The position numbers and the translations under genes were made by a program. A stretch of DNA of 64,000 nt from Actibacterium ureilyticum (lineage in GTDB: Bacteria; Pseudomonadota; Alphaproteobacteria; Rhodobacterales; Rhodobacteraceae), in contig NZ_NSBT01000037.1 in NCBI RefSeq assembly GCF_002285435.1, forward strand, positions 1,006,313 to 1,070,312, in the 5' to 3' direction. Of this stretch, positions 62,494 through 64,000 are shown in pieces; position 1 is the first letter of the stretch, and the number at the start of each line of letters is the position of its first letter. The notes beneath the pieces were generated by a model. That model worked only from the letters and a program-made list of their open reading frames with translations. It was not told the DNA's origin and made no database searches.

Positions 62494-63159
62494 CTAAAAG
62501 GACAGGTCAGACCTGCCCGAATAGCCAAATCTCGCGATATCCGCCGCACAGATTCGCCCGACACGGTCATATGTGGCCGCATCGTAATAGCGCCGATAAT
62601 CGCGGGCCCGGTCAGAGGCGTTGACCCCCGGCGTCAGCGCCACGGGAAAGCCCAGATGCCGCTCCAACGGCGCCAGATCCGCCTCAAGGCATTCCAGCCG
62701 GATGAAGGCGTCACAACGCTCGGCCCCGGTGGTGTCCTGAACATAGCTGCCATAGGGGCCGGCCCGAATGCTTTCGCCGATCTGCGGATGGGCGACGAAA
62801 TCGGCAAAGGACAGCGATTGCGCCAGCGACACGGCGGCGTGGTCGAAGCTTTGCGCTTGCAGCCAGTGGTAATAGCTGACCATCCGGTCCCAGGGATTGC
62901 GCACCAGGGTAAAGACGAAATAGCTGGCGACCTGCTGGGGCGTCACCAGCCCGTCAATATCGCGCAGGCGGGCATGTTTCCACAACCGCCCCGCCGCCTG
63001 CATCGTCTTGACCCGGCGCCGGCGCCGCAGCGCCTTGGGCGTATCCCCGATCAGGATGTCATCGGCCATCGCCCGCTGTTCCAGCGCCAGCGCCATCGCC
63101 GTTCCGCCGGTTTTGGGAATATGGACAAAGATATAGCGCCGGCCATGCGATATGATCAT
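62494..63159 (-). CDS. Sulfotransferase family protein
   Basis: Start MIISHGRRYIFVHIPKTGGTA (PAPS-binding 5'-PSB motif KTGGT) and an RNPWDR 3'-PB-like motif. Confidence 0.7.
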   Translation of the reverse strand: MIISHGRRYIFVHIPKTGGTAMALALEQRAMADDILIGDTPKALRRRRRVKTMQAAGRLWKHARLRDIDGLVTPQQVASYFVFTLVRNPWDRMVSYYHWLQAQSFDHAAVSLAQSLSFADFVAHPQIGESIRAGPYGSYVQDTTGAERCDAFIRLECLEADLAPLERHLGFPVALTPGVNASDRARDYRRYYDAATYDRVGRICAADIARFGYSGRSDLSF

Positions 63160-63268
63160 GCGCGCGACCCTAACGCGGCAACCTGCCACGGCAAAGATAC
63201 GATTGCCGCTTTTCATCCCCCGCCGCTGCGGCCAATATCGCGCCACTGAGTCCAAGGGAGGTATCGCG

Positions 63269-64000
63269 ATGGGTTGGCTGGCTGATGAAACGGGTCTGGA
63301 TCGGTGCGCGGCAAACCACGTTCCCCTGACACCGCTGTCGCATCTGCGCCGCGCGGCGGATATCTTTCCCGGCCATCTGGCCCTGATCGACCGCGACCGG
63401 CGCTGGACCTATGGCGAGCTGCACCGTGATGTGACCAAGCTGGCCAGTGCGCTGACCGCACGCGGCATCCAGCCCGGCGATGTGGTGGCCACGCTGCTGC
63501 CCAACACCGCCGCACAGGTACTGGCCACCTGGGCCGTGCCCGCCTGCGGCGCGGTGCTGAACACGATCAACACAAGGCTCGAGGCCGAGACGATCACCTA
63601 TATCCTTGGCCATGGCGACGCGAAGATCCTGCTGTGCGATGCCGCGTTGCTGCCGCTGGCGGAACAGGCGATTTCTGTCATGGATGCCGACGAGATCCCG
63701 CAAATCATCGCCGTGGCCGACCATCAGGCGGGGCATCAGCCCGACGACCGCCACCCCGATTTCGACGATGTGCTGGCCAGTGGCGACGCGGATTTCGACT
63801 GGATTCTACCGCAGGACGAATGGGAAAGCATCGCGCTGAACTATACCTCGGGCACCACGGGGCAGCCCAAGGGCGTGGTCTATCACCATCGCGGGGCGTA
63901 TTTGTCGACAATGGGACAGGTGATTTCCTGGCGGCTGATCATGCACCCGCGCCTGCTGACCATCGTGCCGCTGTTTCACTGCAACGGCTGGTGCCACACC
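63269..64000 (+). CDS. AMP-dependent synthetase/ligase (acyl-CoA synthetase), 3'-truncated at the window edge
   Basis: AAGGGAGG RBS; AMP-binding motif I YTSGTTGQPKGV; no stop in the window. Confidence 0.8.
   Translation, partial: MGWLADETGLDRCAANHVPLTPLSHLRRAADIFPGHLALIDRDRRWTYGELHRDVTKLASALTARGIQPGDVVATLLPNTAAQVLATWAVPACGAVLNTINTRLEAETITYILGHGDAKILLCDAALLPLAEQAISVMDADEIPQIIAVADHQAGHQPDDRHPDFDDVLASGDADFDWILPQDEWESIALNYTSGTTGQPKGVVYHHRGAYLSTMGQVISWRLIMHPRLLTIVPLFHCNGWCHT

Overview
This window is high-GC (about 65-68%) chromosomal DNA of alphaproteobacterial, Rhodobacterales-like character. The markers for that are the OlsB/OlsA ornithine-lipid genes, ChpT, a Hint-domain protein, HemA-independent housekeeping synteny, and an L21 with a long C-terminal extension. 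Most of the window is conserved housekeeping genes. These include ctaA, proBA-obg, rpmA-rplU, rplY-pth, ychF, trpFB with trpA unlinked, ihfB-rpsA-cmk-aroA-trmB, pyrD, a MacAB-type efflux system, a MATE pump and a beta-oxidation operon (acyl-CoA dehydrogenase, thiolase, FadB) behind two tandem MerR regulators. There are two tRNA-Ser genes plus a peculiar overlapping pair of tRNA-like genes (tRNA-Gln(TTG) and a class-I tRNA with anticodon CAG) next to a small accessory islet. That islet holds an AT-rich signal-peptide sORF, a TPR-like secreted protein, an ECF sigma/anti-sigma pair, DUF2237, an ABM monooxygenase and a slipin. The most striking element is a 1244-aa, extremely acidic, all-helical protein made of about 8 tandem ~76-aa Cys-initiated repeats and a poly-acidic tail. 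It is inserted between the 5'-nucleotidase gene and trmB in an otherwise conserved aroA-cmk-rpsA neighbourhood, and I cannot assign it to any known family from sequence. Other observations are a ~55-bp double-hairpin intergenic repeat present in 3 copies, a perfect 8-7-8 palindrome (ATTGGTAA..TTACCAAT, PdhR/LldR-like half-sites) on the lldD promoter, and a duplicated hairpin+CCCCGCCGCAACAG motif inside the beta-oxidation operon. A 617-aa secreted protein of unknown function lies downstream of ychF, and an orphan secreted protein splits cmk from rpsA. Most long ORFs on the opposite strand of real genes are GC-driven artifacts and were rejected. My hand-counted coordinates can be off by 1 nt where they do not coincide with ORF-track boundaries.
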